Of a stretch of 64,000 bases of DNA, positions 1 to 12,444 are shown in pieces (position 1 is the stretch's first letter; each line of letters starts with the position of its first letter). Source of the stretch: Centroscyllium fabricii. Its lineage: Eukaryota. Below the pieces are notes generated by a model, which was not told where the DNA came from, did no database searches, and saw nothing but the letters and a program-made list of their open reading frames with translations. Both the position numbers and the translations under genes were made by a program. Where the stretch lies: positions 147,250,001-147,314,000 of the forward strand of contig JBNRSN020000012.1 of the NCBI GenBank assembly GCA_051313645.2, given 5' to 3'.

Positions 1-82
1 AAGTTGTCAAAAATTAATAAGAAATATCCTATTTTTAAGAGGATGTTTGTAAATGTCAAATATATTGTTTTAAAGTTAAAGT

Positions 83-327
83 TGTAGCGGCACACCCGCT
101 GGGAGATCGAATCTGCCAACGGGGCTCCGCGGAGCGCAGCCCGCTCATCCGCGTGATGCGACTACGTCACCACGTCGGCGGACGTGATGACGTCACCAAC
201 GGCGGGACTGTTTTAAATATGTTTGTACCGCGTGGTTCTCTCTCTTCCATGTTGAAAGCAGTTGAGTAAAGGTGTGTTTTTCCTTAGCTCTGGCTCTGTG
301 TTATTTCTGAGTACCTGCAGCACAACA
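83..327 (+). repeat. 5' LTR of Gypsy copy 1
   Basis: TGTAGCGG...CACAACA; identical to 4298-4542 except T114 vs C4329. Confidence 0.97.
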
Positions 328-328
328 G

Positions 329-343
329 TGGTGACCCTCGACG
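329..343 (+). promoter_or_regulatory. Primer binding site, tRNA-Trp-like
   Basis: TGGTGACCCTCGACG one base after the LTR; matches the complement of the tRNA-Trp 3' end (TGGTGACCCCGACG) with one extra T. Confidence 0.8.
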
Positions 344-426
344 ACTGGAACGAATTCCAGTAAAGAAAAAAGCTGCTACAGGATTTAGGAACCCCAGCCA
401 AGGACTTAAAAAAAACAAAAAAAAAC

Positions 427-3400
427 ATGTCCAACACAAGGAACCAAGCTCCACGATCACAGGGAGCTGGACGGAGCACCGGGCGCGGACTTGTTTTGCC
501 CGAGTTCTGGGAGCAACGGCCAGCGGCCTGGTTCAGCTGCATAGAAGCCAGCTGCCGTTCAAATGGCATCAACGGGGACGACCGCTACGACTTGCTGTTC
601 ACAGCCCTGCCCCAAACGACCGTCGATAGGATGTGGTCAACGATCCAGCGCGTGCCCTCTGCAGGCAGGTATGAAACGCTTAAGGCCGCGCTAATTAAAA
701 AGTTTACCCCTTCCCAGTTTGAGCGCGACTGCCAGCTCCTCGACCTCCCCGAACTCGGGGACACCGACCCATCGGACCTCCTAGGTCAGATGCAGGCGCT
801 CACTCCCAATCCTGCCACCCTATTCCGCACGGTCTTCCTCCTCAAATTGCCCCGCGCCATCAGACCGGCCTTGGCGGCCCTAGCCCATCGTAGCGACGAT
901 GAACTCGGCGAGGAAGCCGACAGGCTGATGGCAGCGCAGCGCACCAGCTCCACCACGTGCGCCCCTAACTCGGCATCGGTAGAGCGCAACTATTCACCCC
1001 CCAGGCACAATTTTACGCCCGAACCTAAGGCCCCGCGCCCGCCTAGACAACCGCGTCCCTCTAGCACCGGCTGGTGCTACTATCACACGCGGTTTGAGCA
1101 CAAAGCGCACCGCTGCGTACAGCCATGCACTTTTAAACCCAGACCCAACTCAGCCTCCACCATGTCTGTAGGCCACACAGGAGCACTCCTCTTCGCCACA
1201 GACAGCGGCACCGGCCTCAGGTTCCTCTGCGACACAGGCGCGCAGCACAGCATCGTGCCAGCCTCCCCCGCAGAAACCAAACGGGGCACCCGGGGCCCGC
1301 CACTAGCGGCAGCCAACGGGTCCAACATTAAAACGTACGGCACCCGCGAGCTTACCATTACACTTGCAAGCCACACGTACACCTGGGAGTTTGTAACGGC
1401 CCAGGTCACCTCTCCCCTCCTCGGGGCAGACTTCCTCTGCGCTAACGGCCTACTGGTCGATGTAACTCGGCGCCGCTTGGGGAACTTAAACACCATGACG
1501 ACCATCCCATGTTCCACAGGGCCCGCACTCCTGGCCCACGCGGCAGCCCAATGCCGCTCCAAGGACCGCGATGCCTACGGCACGCTCCTGGCGGAATTTC
1601 CCGCCCTTACCAACCCCACGTTCACCGCCCGCAAGGCCAAACACGGGGTGGAACACTATATAACTACCACAGGTCCTCCCGTCCATGCACACGCCCGTAG
1701 GCTCGACCCAGCCAAGCTGGAGATCGCAATCACCGAGTTCCGCACTATGGAGCAACTCGGTATAATTCGCCGCTCCAGCAGCCCCTGGTCCTCCCCGCTC
1801 CACATAGCCCCCAAGCCCGACGGAGGTTGGCGCCCCTGCGGCGACTATCGCCGCCTCAACAACGCCACCACCCCGGATAGGTACCCAGTACCCCACATCC
1901 AGGATTTTTCCGCCAGATTGGCAGGGCGTACGATCTTTTCTAAGATCGACCTGGTGCGTGGCTACCACCAGGTGCCCGTACACTCGGCGGACATTCCCAA
2001 AACGGCCGTGATTACCCCCTTCGGGCTCTTCGAATTCATGAGGATGCCCTTCGGCCTTAAAAATGCGGCCCAGGCCTTCCAGCGCCTCATGGACTCAGTC
2101 CTACGGGACTTGAAGTTCATTTTCGTTTATTTAGATGACATCCTCGTGGCCAGCTCCTCCCCTCAGGAACACCTCCTGCACCTCAGGACTCTGTTCCAGC
2201 GCCTCACCGAACACGGCCTTATCCTTAGCCCCATCAAGTGTAAATTCGGCCTAGAGACTATCGACTTCCTCGGCCACCGTATTTCCCAAGCAGGGGCCAT
2301 ACCCCTACCCTCTAAGGCACAGGCGGTACAGGAATTTCCCCGCCCGCACTCTATTAAGGGGCTGCAGGAATTTTTAGGCATGGTCAACTTTTATAACCGC
2401 TTCATCCCGGGAGCAGCCGCTCTCATGGCCCCCTTATACCAGGCCACCCGCGGGCAGTCCAACAAGGCTGCAGTCGAGTGGACGGCCGAAGCCGCCACCG
2501 CATTCACCGCAACCAAAACCGCCCTGGCAAACGCCACCCTCCTAGCCCACCCTAGGCCCAACGCCAGAGTAGCCCTCACCACCGACGCCTCCGACTATGC
2601 CGTCGGGGCCGTTTTTGAGCAGTGGACCGGCAACGCATGGCAACCCCTGGCCTTTTTCAGTCGGCAACTCCGGCCCCCAGAGGTAAAATACAGCGCCTTC
2701 GATAGGGAGCTACTAGCTCTCCATCTGGCGGTGCGACACTTTCGTTTCCTCCTGGAGGGCCGACACTTTACAGTCTTCACCGACCACAAGCCACTCACGT
2801 TTGCGATGGCTAAGGCCGCTGAACCCTGGTCGGCCAGGCAGCAGCGCCAAATCACGGCCGTGTCGGAATTTACAACCGACATTCAACATATTTCCGGCCA
2901 CGACAATGTGGTCGCTGACTGCCTTTCACGCCCCACTATCAACGCCGCCCAAATGGCAGTTGATTACGCCCAGCTGGCCGTGGACCAGCTGACCGACCCC
3001 GACCTACTCAACGCAGCCACCAAACTTCCCGGTCTACGCTTGGCCAATGTCCCGCACGGCCCCGCTGCCACCGTCGTTTGCTGTGACGTTTCGTTATCGC
3101 AACCCAGGCCCGTCGTACCCCCCGCTTGGAGGGAACGAATCTTTACGACCCTCCACGACCTGTCCCACCCCGGCGTCCGCGCGTCCACTAAACTTATATC
3201 GGCCCGGTTTGTATGGCGCGGCCTGCGCAAAGACGTCCGCGCCTGGGCCACATCCTGCATAGCCTGCCAGCGCTCCAAAGTGCACAAGCACATCAGGGCA
3301 CCGCTGGAAAATTTTAAGGTACCGGCCAGACGCTTTGACCACGTCCATATCGACCTCGTCGGGCCACTACCACCATCCCGCGGACACACGCACCTACTGA

Positions 3401-4254
3401 CCATGGTCGACCGCAACACTCGCTGGCCTGAAGCAGTGCCCCTTACTGCCACCAACACCACGGACCTGGCCAGGGCGTTCATCGCCACATGGGTCGCCCG
3501 ATTCGGCGTGCCCACGGACATCACCTCCGACAGAGGACCCCAGTTCACGTCGACATTATGGGCGGCCATCGCCCGCGACCTTGGGGTGACACTACACAGG
3601 ACCACCGCATACCATCCACAGGCGAACGGCCTATGCGAACGGTTCCACCGCTCAATGAAGGCATCGCTTCGGGCCACAATGAAAGACGCTTCATGGACCG
3701 ATCGCCTTCCATGGGTTCTCCTCGGGCTGCGGTCGGCAGTTAAAGAGGACCTCAACGCCTCAGCAGCAGAGCTCGTCTACGGCCAGGCTTTAACGGTACC
3801 GGGCGAATTTTTGGCTGAGGCCAACACCCCCTGGTCAGCAGACCAGTATTTAAAGGACTGGGCAAACCCGGCACGAGCTTTTCAACCATTACCAGTGGCC
3901 CGGCATGGAGAGCCGGCAGCTCGGGTGCCAGAAGACATCAAAAACGCCAAATGGGTGTTCATCCGACGAGACGGGCACCGAGCCCCTTTACAGCCACCTT
4001 ACGATGGCCCTTATAGAGTGCTTCGGGCGGGAAACAAGACTTTTGAATTGCAAATGGGCAAAAGGACTGAAACGGTAACAATAGACCGGCTCAAGCCGGC
4101 ACATGTGACAGCGGGCGAGACCACGGTCCCCGCACAACCACCTCAACGCGGTCGCCCTCCCGCACCAAAACCCGCCCACACTCCAACGCAGAACCAGCAA
4201 CAGCTAGCAACACGGTCCGGCCGCATCATCCGACCGCCCCAACGGCACACATAG
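427..4254 (+). CDS. gag-pol: Gag-Pol polyprotein, 1275 aa, uninterrupted
   Basis: Gag LPEFW..P..WF start and C-x2-H-x9-C-x3-C knuckle (1075-1128); protease LCDTGA...LGADFL; RT DYRRLN, MPFGL, YLDD; RNase H TDAS, DRELLA, TDHKPL, ADCLSR; integrase HHCC, HIDLVGP, SDRGPQF, CERFH; GPY module. Confidence 0.96.
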   Translation: MSNTRNQAPRSQGAGRSTGRGLVLPEFWEQRPAAWFSCIEASCRSNGINGDDRYDLLFTALPQTTVDRMWSTIQRVPSAGRYETLKAALIKKFTPSQFERDCQLLDLPELGDTDPSDLLGQMQALTPNPATLFRTVFLLKLPRAIRPALAALAHRSDDELGEEADRLMAAQRTSSTTCAPNSASVERNYSPPRHNFTPEPKAPRPPRQPRPSSTGWCYYHTRFEHKAHRCVQPCTFKPRPNSASTMSVGHTGALLFATDSGTGLRFLCDTGAQHSIVPASPAETKRGTRGPPLAAANGSNIKTYGTRELTITLASHTYTWEFVTAQVTSPLLGADFLCANGLLVDVTRRRLGNLNTMTTIPCSTGPALLAHAAAQCRSKDRDAYGTLLAEFPALTNPTFTARKAKHGVEHYITTTGPPVHAHARRLDPAKLEIAITEFRTMEQLGIIRRSSSPWSSPLHIAPKPDGGWRPCGDYRRLNNATTPDRYPVPHIQDFSARLAGRTIFSKIDLVRGYHQVPVHSADIPKTAVITPFGLFEFMRMPFGLKNAAQAFQRLMDSVLRDLKFIFVYLDDILVASSSPQEHLLHLRTLFQRLTEHGLILSPIKCKFGLETIDFLGHRISQAGAIPLPSKAQAVQEFPRPHSIKGLQEFLGMVNFYNRFIPGAAALMAPLYQATRGQSNKAAVEWTAEAATAFTATKTALANATLLAHPRPNARVALTTDASDYAVGAVFEQWTGNAWQPLAFFSRQLRPPEVKYSAFDRELLALHLAVRHFRFLLEGRHFTVFTDHKPLTFAMAKAAEPWSARQQRQITAVSEFTTDIQHISGHDNVVADCLSRPTINAAQMAVDYAQLAVDQLTDPDLLNAATKLPGLRLANVPHGPAATVVCCDVSLSQPRPVVPPAWRERIFTTLHDLSHPGVRASTKLISARFVWRGLRKDVRAWATSCIACQRSKVHKHIRAPLENFKVPARRFDHVHIDLVGPLPPSRGHTHLLTMVDRNTRWPEAVPLTATNTTDLARAFIATWVARFGVPTDITSDRGPQFTSTLWAAIARDLGVTLHRTTAYHPQANGLCERFHRSMKASLRATMKDASWTDRLPWVLLGLRSAVKEDLNASAAELVYGQALTVPGEFLAEANTPWSADQYLKDWANPARAFQPLPVARHGEPAARVPEDIKNAKWVFIRRDGHRAPLQPPYDGPYRVLRAGNKTFELQMGKRTETVTIDRLKPAHVTAGETTVPAQPPQRGRPPAPKPAHTPTQNQQQLATRSGRIIRPPQRHT

Positions 4255-4286
4255 ACACTTTAATCTATTTCTCCCGGACGAATTCT

Positions 4287-4294
4287 GGGGGGAG
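4287..4294 (+). promoter_or_regulatory. Polypurine tract
   Basis: GGGGGGAG three bases upstream of the 3' LTR. Confidence 0.8.
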
Positions 4295-4297
4295 CTG

Positions 4298-4542
4298 TGT
4301 AGCGGCACACCCGCTGGGAGATCGAATCCGCCAACGGGGCTCCGCGGAGCGCAGCCCGCTCATCCGCGTGATGCGACTACGTCACCACGTCGGCGGACGT
4401 GATGACGTCACCAACGGCGGGACTGTTTTAAATATGTTTGTACCGCGTGGTTCTCTCTCTTCCATGTTGAAAGCAGTTGAGTAAAGGTGTGTTTTTCCTT
4501 AGCTCTGGCTCTGTGTTATTTCTGAGTACCTGCAGCACAACA
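4298..4542 (+). repeat. 3' LTR of Gypsy copy 1
   Basis: Direct repeat of 83-327, followed by TSD AAGT. Confidence 0.97.
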
Positions 4543-6883
4543 AAGTGTACATTTATATTCCAAGGCGGCAGGTTTACGTGTGTGGTTCTATTACAAGTTG
4601 GCGGATTTAGGGCTTTTGTTCTATTACAAGGTGGCAGGTTTAGGGGTTAAGTTCAATTACTAGGCAGCAGGTTTAGGGGTTTGGTTCTATTACAAGGTGG
4701 CAGGTTTGGGGGTTCCGTTCTATTACAAGGTGGCAGCTTTAGGTGTTCAGTGCTATTACAAGGCGGCAGATTTAGGGATTCCATTCTGTTACAAGGTGCC
4801 AGTTTTAGGGGTTCCGTTCTATTACAAGGTGGCAGGTTTGGGGGTTCTATTACAAGGTGTCAGGTTTAGGGGTTCAGTTATATTACAAGCTGAAAGGTTT
4901 AGGGGTTCTGTTCTATTACAAGGTGCCTGTTTTACGGGTTCGGTTCATTTAAAGGGGGAGGTTTTGGGGGCTCAGTTCCTTTACAAGGTGGCAGCTTTGG
5001 GGGTTCCGTTCTATTACAAGGCGGCAGCTTTGGGGGATCAGTTCTATTACTAGGTGGCAGGTTTATGGGTTCAGTTCTATTACAAGCCGACAGGTTAAGG
5101 GGTTCAGTTCTCTTACAAGGGGGCAGGTTTAGGGGTTAGGTTCTAATACTAGGCAGCAGCCTTAGGAGTTCATTTCTATTACAAGCTGACTGATTTAGGG
5201 GTTCAGTTCTGTTGCAAGTGTCATTTTTAGGGGTTTAGTTCTATTACTAAGCGGTATATTTAGGGGTTCGGTTCTATTACAAGGTGGCAAGTTTGGGGTT
5301 CAGCTCTATTACAACGTGTCAGGTTTAGGAGTTGAGTTCTATTACAAGCCGACAGTTATAGGGGTTCTGTTCTATTACAAGATGCCAGTTTTAGGGATTC
5401 AGTTCTATTAAAGGGGGCAGGTTTGTGGTTCAGTTCTATTACTAGGTGGCAGGTTTAGGGGTTTGGTTCTTCAGTTCTCTTACAAGGTGACAGGTTTAGG
5501 GCTTTAGTTCTAATTCTAGGCAGCAGCCTTAGGGGTTCATTTCTATTACAAGCCGACTGATTTAGGGCTTCAGTTCTATTGCAAGTGTCATTTTCAAGGT
5601 TTTAGTTCTATTACTAAGTGGTATGTTTAGGGGTTCAGTTCTATTACAAGGCGGCAGGTTTGGGGTTTAGCTCCATTACAAGGTGGTGGGTTTGGGCGAT
5701 CAGTTCTATTACAAGGTATCAGGTTTGCGGGTTCATTTCTACTATTGGTGTCAGGTTTAGGGGTTCCGTTCTATTACATGGCAGCAGATTTAGGGTTTCA
5801 ATTCTATTACAATGTGTCAGCTTTAGGGGTTCAGCTCTACTACAGTTTGTCAGGTTTAGGGGTTCAATTCTTTTGCAGTGTGTCAGCTTTAGGCATTCAG
5901 TTCTATTACAAGGTGACAGGTTTAGGGGTTCAGCTCTATTAAAAAGTGGCAGGTTTAGGGGTTCCATTTTATTACAACAGCGCAGGTATAAGGGATCAGT
6001 TCTATTGCCAGGTGGTACATTTAAGGGTTCAGTTTTATTACAAGGCAACATATTTAGGGGTTCCATTCTATTACAAAGTGTCAGGTTCAGGGGTTCCGTT
6101 CAATTACTAGACAGCAGGTTTGGGGTACGGTTCTATTACAAGGTGGCAGGCTTGGGGGTTCCATTCTAATAAAAGGTGGCAGCTTTAGGTGTTCAGTTCT
6201 ATTACAAGGCTGCAGGTTTAAGGGTTCCATTCTATTACAAGGTGCCAATTTTAGGGGTTCAGTTCTATAACAAGGTGGCAGGTTTGGGGGTTCTATTACA
6301 AGGTGTCAGGTTTAGGGATCATTTCTATTACAAGCTGACAGGTTATGGGGTTCTGTTCCATTACAAGGTGCCAGTTTTAGGGTTTCAGTTCTATTACAAG
6401 GTGCCAGGCTTGGGGGTTCAGTTCTATTGCAAGGCGGCAGGTTTAGGGGTTCAGTTCTATTACAAGGTGTCAGGATTAGAAATTCAGTTCTGTTACAAGC
6501 CGACCAAATTAGAGGCCCTGTTCTATTACAATGTGGAAGTTTGAGGGGTTCAGTTCTATTAAAGGGGGCAGGTTTGGGGGTTCAGTTCTATTACTAGGCG
6601 GCAGGTTTAGGGGTTCAGTTCTGTTACAAACCAACCGGTTGAGGTGTTCAGTTCTCTTACAAGGTGACCGGTTTAGGAGTTCAGTTCTAATACAAGGCAG
6701 CAGCCTTAGGGGTTCATTTCTGTTACAAGCTAACTGATTTAGGGGTTCAGTTCTACTGCAAGTGTCATTTTTAGGGGTTTAGTTCTATTACTAAGTGGTT
6801 TATTTAGGGGTTATTTCTATTACAAGGTGGCAGGTTTGGGGTTCAGTTCTATTACAAGGTGTCAGGTTTAGGAGCTCAGTTCT

Positions 6884-7560
6884 GGTATTTCTGGTTCTGA
6901 CTTCCTCCTCAAAGCGAAGTTAAATCGGCCGCCATCCATCCATGAGGAGCCCGGCGTGGACGGTAGGATGAGGGAAGGCAGTCGGGAGCGAGCAGGTGAA
7001 TGGGGAGCCCGGAGGACTCAGGAAGCCGGCAAGGCGCCAGGCCGAGGGCTAGGCCTCAGGCCTCCAGGCGCTGCTCCCGGAGCTCAGCGGACTCGGCTGG
7101 AGCTGCGAGGCAAGGAACCAGGGCCTTCGAACGCGCCCCCCGGAGCCCAAGTTCCGAGAGGGTTCGGGGGGAGCCCAAGAGGCTGGTCACAGGCCTCCAG
7201 GCACTTCGGAGCTCGGCGGATTCGGAAGGAGCCGGCATGCCGGACAAAGGGGTAGGCCCAGGGCCTTCGAATGCTGCACCCGGAGCCCAGGCCTATTGAG
7301 ACGATGCAGGGGGTGAGTGAAACAACAGAAGACGGTCGGTGAGTGAAACAGCAGGAAGGACCTTTGAGAACCTTAAGAACCTTAAGAACTTTAAGAACCT
7401 TAAGAACTTTAAGAACTTTAAGAGCTTTGCGTGCAGGAGTGGCCAGAGCGTTATGAGAATGGGACTTGTGATTGATGACGCTGGTGAGGTGGCTGCTTAG
7501 TGTTCTTTGTTGCACGGTGCGTTTGAACAAATAAAAATAAAATTGAAATTGAAATTGATG
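6884..7560 (+). mobile_element. Unclassified GC-rich non-autonomous retroelement (copy A, internally deleted)
   Basis: Interrupts a satellite unit (CAGTTCT | TCTATTACAA); ends AATAAAAATAAA(ATTGAA)n; near-copy at 12445-13188. Confidence 0.7.
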
Positions 7561-10500
7561 TCTATTACAAGCCGACTGGTTTATGGGTTCTGTTCTATTA
7601 CAAGGTGCCCGTTTTAGGGGTTCAGTTCTATTAAAGGGGGCAGGTTTAGGGTTCAGTTCTATTACGAGGTGGCAGGTTTAGGGGTTCCGTTCTAGTACAA
7701 GCTGACAGGTTAAGGAGTTCACTTCTCTTACAAGATGACAGGTTTAGGGGTTTAGTTCTAATACTCGGCAGCAGCCTTAAGGGTTCATTGCTATTACAAG
7801 CCGACTGATTTAGGGCTTCAGTTCTATTGCAAGTGTCATTTTTAGTTCTATAACTAAGCGATATATTTAGGGGTTCAGTTCTATTACAAGGCAGCAGGTT
7901 TGGGGGTTTAGTTCTATTACAAGGTGGCAGGTTTGGGCATTCAGTTCTATGACAAGGTATCAGGTTTGCGGGTTCAGTTCTTTTATGGTGTCAGGTTTAA
8001 CGGTTCCATTCTATTACAAGGCGGCAGGTTTAGGGTTTCAATTCTATTACAATGTGTCAGGTTTGCAGATTCAGTTCTGTTATAAGGCAACAGGTTTCAG
8101 GGTACAGTTCTATTACAAGGTGGCAGGTTTGCGGGTTCAGTTATATTACAAGGTGGCTGTTTTAGGGGTTCAGTTCTATTACAAGGTCACAGGTTTCGGG
8201 GTTCAGTTCTATTACAAGGCGGCAGGTTTAGAGGTTCAGTTTTTTATAAGGTGACAGGCTTGGGGACTCGATTCTATTCCAAGGTGGCAGGATTAGGGGT
8301 TCAGTATATTAGAAGGTGTCAGGTTTAGGGGTTCCATTCTATAACAAACAACAAGTTTAGGGGTTCAGCTGTATTACAAGGTGGCAGGTTTAGGGATTCA
8401 GTTGTATTAAAAAGGGAATGTTTAGGGGTTCCGTTCTATAACAAGGCGGTGCATTTGAGGGTTCAGTTCTAATACAAGGTGTTGGGTTAAGGGGTTCAGT
8501 TATATTACAAGGCGGCATGTTTAGTGGTTCAGTTCTATTACAATGTGTCAGGTTTAGGGTTTCAGTTCTATTACAATTTGTCAGGTTTAGGGGTTCCGTT
8601 CTGTTACAATGTGGCAGGATTTTGGGTTCAGTTTTATGACATGGCAGCAGGTTTGGGGGTTGAGTTCTATTCCAAGGTATCAGGTTAGGGGGTTCAGTTT
8701 GATAACAAGGTGATATTTGGGGGGGTTCTGTCTATTACAAGGAGGTGGGTTTAGGCATTCAGTTCTATTCAAATGCAGCAGATTTAGGGGTTCTGTTCTA
8801 TTACTAGATGTCAGATTTGGGGTTCAGTTCTATTACAAGAAGGCAGATTTAGACTTCAGTTCTATTACAAGGTGTCTGGTTTCGGGGCTCAGATCTATTA
8901 CAAGGTGAAAGGTTTAGGGGTTCAGTTCTGTTACAATGAGACAGGTTTACGGGTTCAGTTATATTACATGGTGACAGGTTTAGGGGTTCAGTTATATTAC
9001 AACTTAGGGGTTCAGTTCTTTTACAAGGTTTCAGTTTTCAGGGTTGAGTTATATTCCAATGTGGCAGGTTTATGGGTTCAATTCTATTACAAGGTTTCAG
9101 TTTTCAGGGTTCAGTTATATTCCAACATGGCAGGTTTATGGGTTCAATTCTGTTATAAGGTGTCGGGTTTTGAGGTTCTGTTTATTACAAGATGGCAGGT
9201 TTAGGTTTTCAGTTCTATTACACGGTGGTAGGTTTAGGGGTTCATTTCTATTACAAGGCGTCAGGTTCAGGGGTTCAGTTTTGTTACAAGGTGAGAAGTT
9301 TAGGGTTCAGTTCTATTACAAGTTTTCAGTTTTCAGGGTTCAGTTATATTCCAATGTGGCAGGTTTATGGGTTCAATTATATTACAAGGTGACAGATGTA
9401 ATGGTTCAATTGTATTACAAGGTGTCGGGTTTAGGGGTTCAGTTCTATTACAAGATGGCGGGTTTAGGTTTTCAGTTCTATTACACGGTGGTAGGTTTAG
9501 GGGTAAATTTTGATTACAAGGCGGCAGGTTCAGGGGTTCACTTCTGTTACAAAGTGACAGGTTTAGGGTTCAGTTCTATTACTTGGTGTCAGATTTAGGG
9601 GCTCTGTTCTATTACAAGGCAGCAGGTTTAGGGGATCAGCTCTTTTATAAGGTGTTAGGTTTAGGTTTTCATTTCTATTACAGTGTGTCAGGTTTAGGGG
9701 TTCAGTTATTTTACAAGTTGTCAGGTTGAGGGGTTCAGTTCTACTACAAGGTGTCAGGTTTAGGGGTTCAGTTCTATTACAAGATGACAGGTTTAGGGGT
9801 GCAGTTCTATTACAAGGTGGCAGATTTGGGGCTTCAGTTCTATTGCTAAACTGCAGGTTTAGGGCTTCATTTCTATTACAAGATGGCAGGTCTGGGGGTT
9901 CAGTTCTATACGAAGGTGGCAGGTATAGGGGTTCAGTTCTATTACCACACGGTAGGTTTAGGGGTTCAGTTCTATTACAAAGTGTTGGGTTTAGGGTTTC
10001 AGTTATATTACAAGGCGGCATGTTTAGGGGTTCAGTTCTATTACCAAGCGGCAGGTGTAAGGTTTCAGTTCTATTATAATGAGTCAGGTTTAGGGGTTCA
10101 GCTCTATTACAAAGTGGCAGGTTTGGGGTTCAGTTTTATTACAACAGGGCAGGTATAAGGGATCAGTTCTATTACCAGGTGGCACATTTAAGGGTTCAGT
10201 TCTATTACAAGGCAACACATTTGGGGGTTCCGTTTTATTACAAGGCTTGATGTTTAGGGGTTCAGTTCTATACAAAGTGTCAGGTTTATTACAATGTGTC
10301 AGGTTTAGAAGTTAAGTTTTGTTACAAGCCGACTGATTTAGGGGTTCTGTTCTATTACCAGTTTGGGGGTTCAGTTCTATTACTAGGTGGCAGATTTAGG
10401 GGTTCCGTTCTATTACAAGGTCACAAATTTAGGGGTTCAGTTCTATTACCAGGCGGCAGCTTTTCAGGATTCAGTTCTATTACAAGGCGGCATGTTTAGA

Positions 10501-11799
10501 GGTTCAGTTTTCTTATAAGGCGACAGGCTTGGGGGCTCAGTTCTTCCAAGGTGGCAGGATTAGGGGTTCAGTTATATTACAAGGTGTCAGGTTTAGGGGT
10601 TCCATTCTATAACAATACGACACGTTTAGGGGTTCAGCTATATTACAAGGTGGCAGGTTTAGGGATTCAGTTGTATTAAAAGGGACAGGTTTGGGGTTCA
10701 GTTCTATTACTAGGTGGTACATTTAAGGGTTCAGTTCTATTACAAGTCAACAAGTTTGAAGGTTCAGTTTTATTACAAGGTAGCATGTTTAGGGGTTCAG
10801 TTCTATTACAAAGCAACAGGATTAGGGGTTCCATTCAATTACTAGGCAGCAGGTTTAGGGTACGGTTCTATTACAAGGTGGCAGGTTTGGGGTTCCATTC
10901 GATTACAAGGTGGCAGCTTTAGATGTTCAGTTCTATTACAAGGCGGCAGGTTTAAGGTTTCCATTCTATTACAAGGTGCCAGTTTTAGGGGTTCAGTTCT
11001 ATTGCAAGAAGACAGGTTTAGGGGTTCTGTTCCATTACAAGGTGCCAGTTTAGGGTTTCAGTTCTATTAAAGGGGGCAGTTTGGGGGGTTCAGTTCTATT
11101 ACAAGGTGCCAGGTTTGGGGGTTCAGTTCTATTGCAAGGTGACAGGTTTGGGGGTTCAGTTCTATTGCAAGGTGACAGGTTTGGGGCTTCAGTTCTATTA
11201 CAAGGTGTCAGGTTTAGAAGTTCAGTTCTGTTACAAGCTGACCAATTTAGGGGTTCTGTTCTATTACAGTCTGCCAGTTTTAGGGATTCAGTTATATTAA
11301 AGGGGACAGGTTTGGGGGTTCAGTTCTTTTACTGGGCGGCAGGTTTAGGGGTTCAGTTCTATTACTAAGCGGCAGGTGTAAGGTTTCTGTTCTAGTACAA
11401 TGAGTCAGGTTTAGGGGTTCAGTTCTATTACAATTTGCCAATTTTGGGGGTTCAGTTATATTACAATGTTGCAGGATTTTGGTTTCAGTTTTATGACATG
11501 GCAGCAGGTTTGTGGGTTCAGTTCTATTACAAGCTGTCAGATTATTGGGTTCAGTTCGATAACAAGGTGACAGGTTTGGGGGTTCTTTCTATTATAAGGA
11601 GACGGGTTTAGGCATTCAGTTCTATTGCAATGCGGCAGATTTAGGGGTTCTGTTCTTTTACTAGGTGTCAGGTATAGGGCTTCTGTTCTATTACAAGAGG
11701 GCAGATTTAGGACTTCAGTTCTATTACAAGGTGTCTGGTTTCGGGGCTAGGTTTCGGGGCAATGTGTCAGGTTAAGGGGTTCCGATCTATTACAAGGTG

Positions 11800-12190
11800 G
11801 CATAGTGGTTAGCACTGTTGCCTTACAGCACTGGAGACCCGGGTTCAAATCCAGCCTCGGGTACTATCTGTGTGGAGTTTGCACATTCTCCCCGTGTCTG
11901 CGTGGGTTTCCTCCGGGTGCTCCGGTTTCCTCCCACAGTCCAAAGATGTGCGGGTTAGGTTGATTGGCCAGGATAAATTGACCCTTAGTGTTAGGGGGAT
12001 TAAATATGTGGGGTTACGGGGATAGGGTGGGATATGTGTCGGTGCAGGCTCGATAGGGATCGAGGGATATGGGGAGAGGGTATGGGACGGGGTACTGGGT
12101 TTGGATGATCAGCCATGATCTCATTGAATGGCGGAGCAGGCTCGAAGGGCTGAATGGCCTACTCCTGCTCCTATCTCCTATCTTCTATGT
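11800..12190 (+). mobile_element. V-SINE (HE1-like), slightly 5'-truncated
   Basis: tRNA-like A/B boxes (TGGCATAGTGG, GGTTCAAATCC); V-domain TGTGGAGTTTGCACATTCTCCCCGTGTCTGCGTGGGTTTCCTCCGGGTGCTCCGGTTTCCTCCCAC; CR1-type tail; TSD AAGGTG. Confidence 0.92.
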
Positions 12191-12444
12191 AAGGTGTCAT
12201 GTTTAGGGGTTCCGTTCTATTACAATGTGTCATTTTTAAGGGTTTTATTAAAAGGTGAAAGGTTTAGGGGTTCAGTTCTATTACAATGAGTCAGGGTTAG
12301 GGGTTCAGTTCTATTACAATGTTTCAGGATTTGGGGTTCAGTTATATTACAAGGCGACGGGTTTAGGTGTTCATTTCTATATCAATGTGGCAGGTTTAGG
12401 TGGTCAGTTCTATTAAAAGGTGTCAGGTTTAGGAGTTCAGTTCT

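Larger units (their letters stand above)
83..4542 (+). mobile_element. Full-length Ty3/Gypsy LTR retrotransposon, CsRn1/Kabuki/Boudicca-like clade (copy 1, intact)
   Basis: Two 245-bp TG...CA LTRs differing at one base; 4-bp TSD AAGT (79-82 / 4543-4546); tRNA-Trp-like PBS; PPT; single gag-pol ORF in PR-RT-RH-IN order; CHCC Gag motif. Confidence 0.96.

Noticed and set aside
786-4200. Antisense and alternate-frame ORFs in Gypsy (and their mirrors at 50509-53949)
   Set aside because: Shadow ORFs expected in GC-rich coding DNA; shared only because the copies are nearly identical
6956-7530. ORFs in the GC-rich element, including (KVL)n
   Set aside because: Produced by high GC and the 9-bp VNTR; ORF ends differ between the two copies
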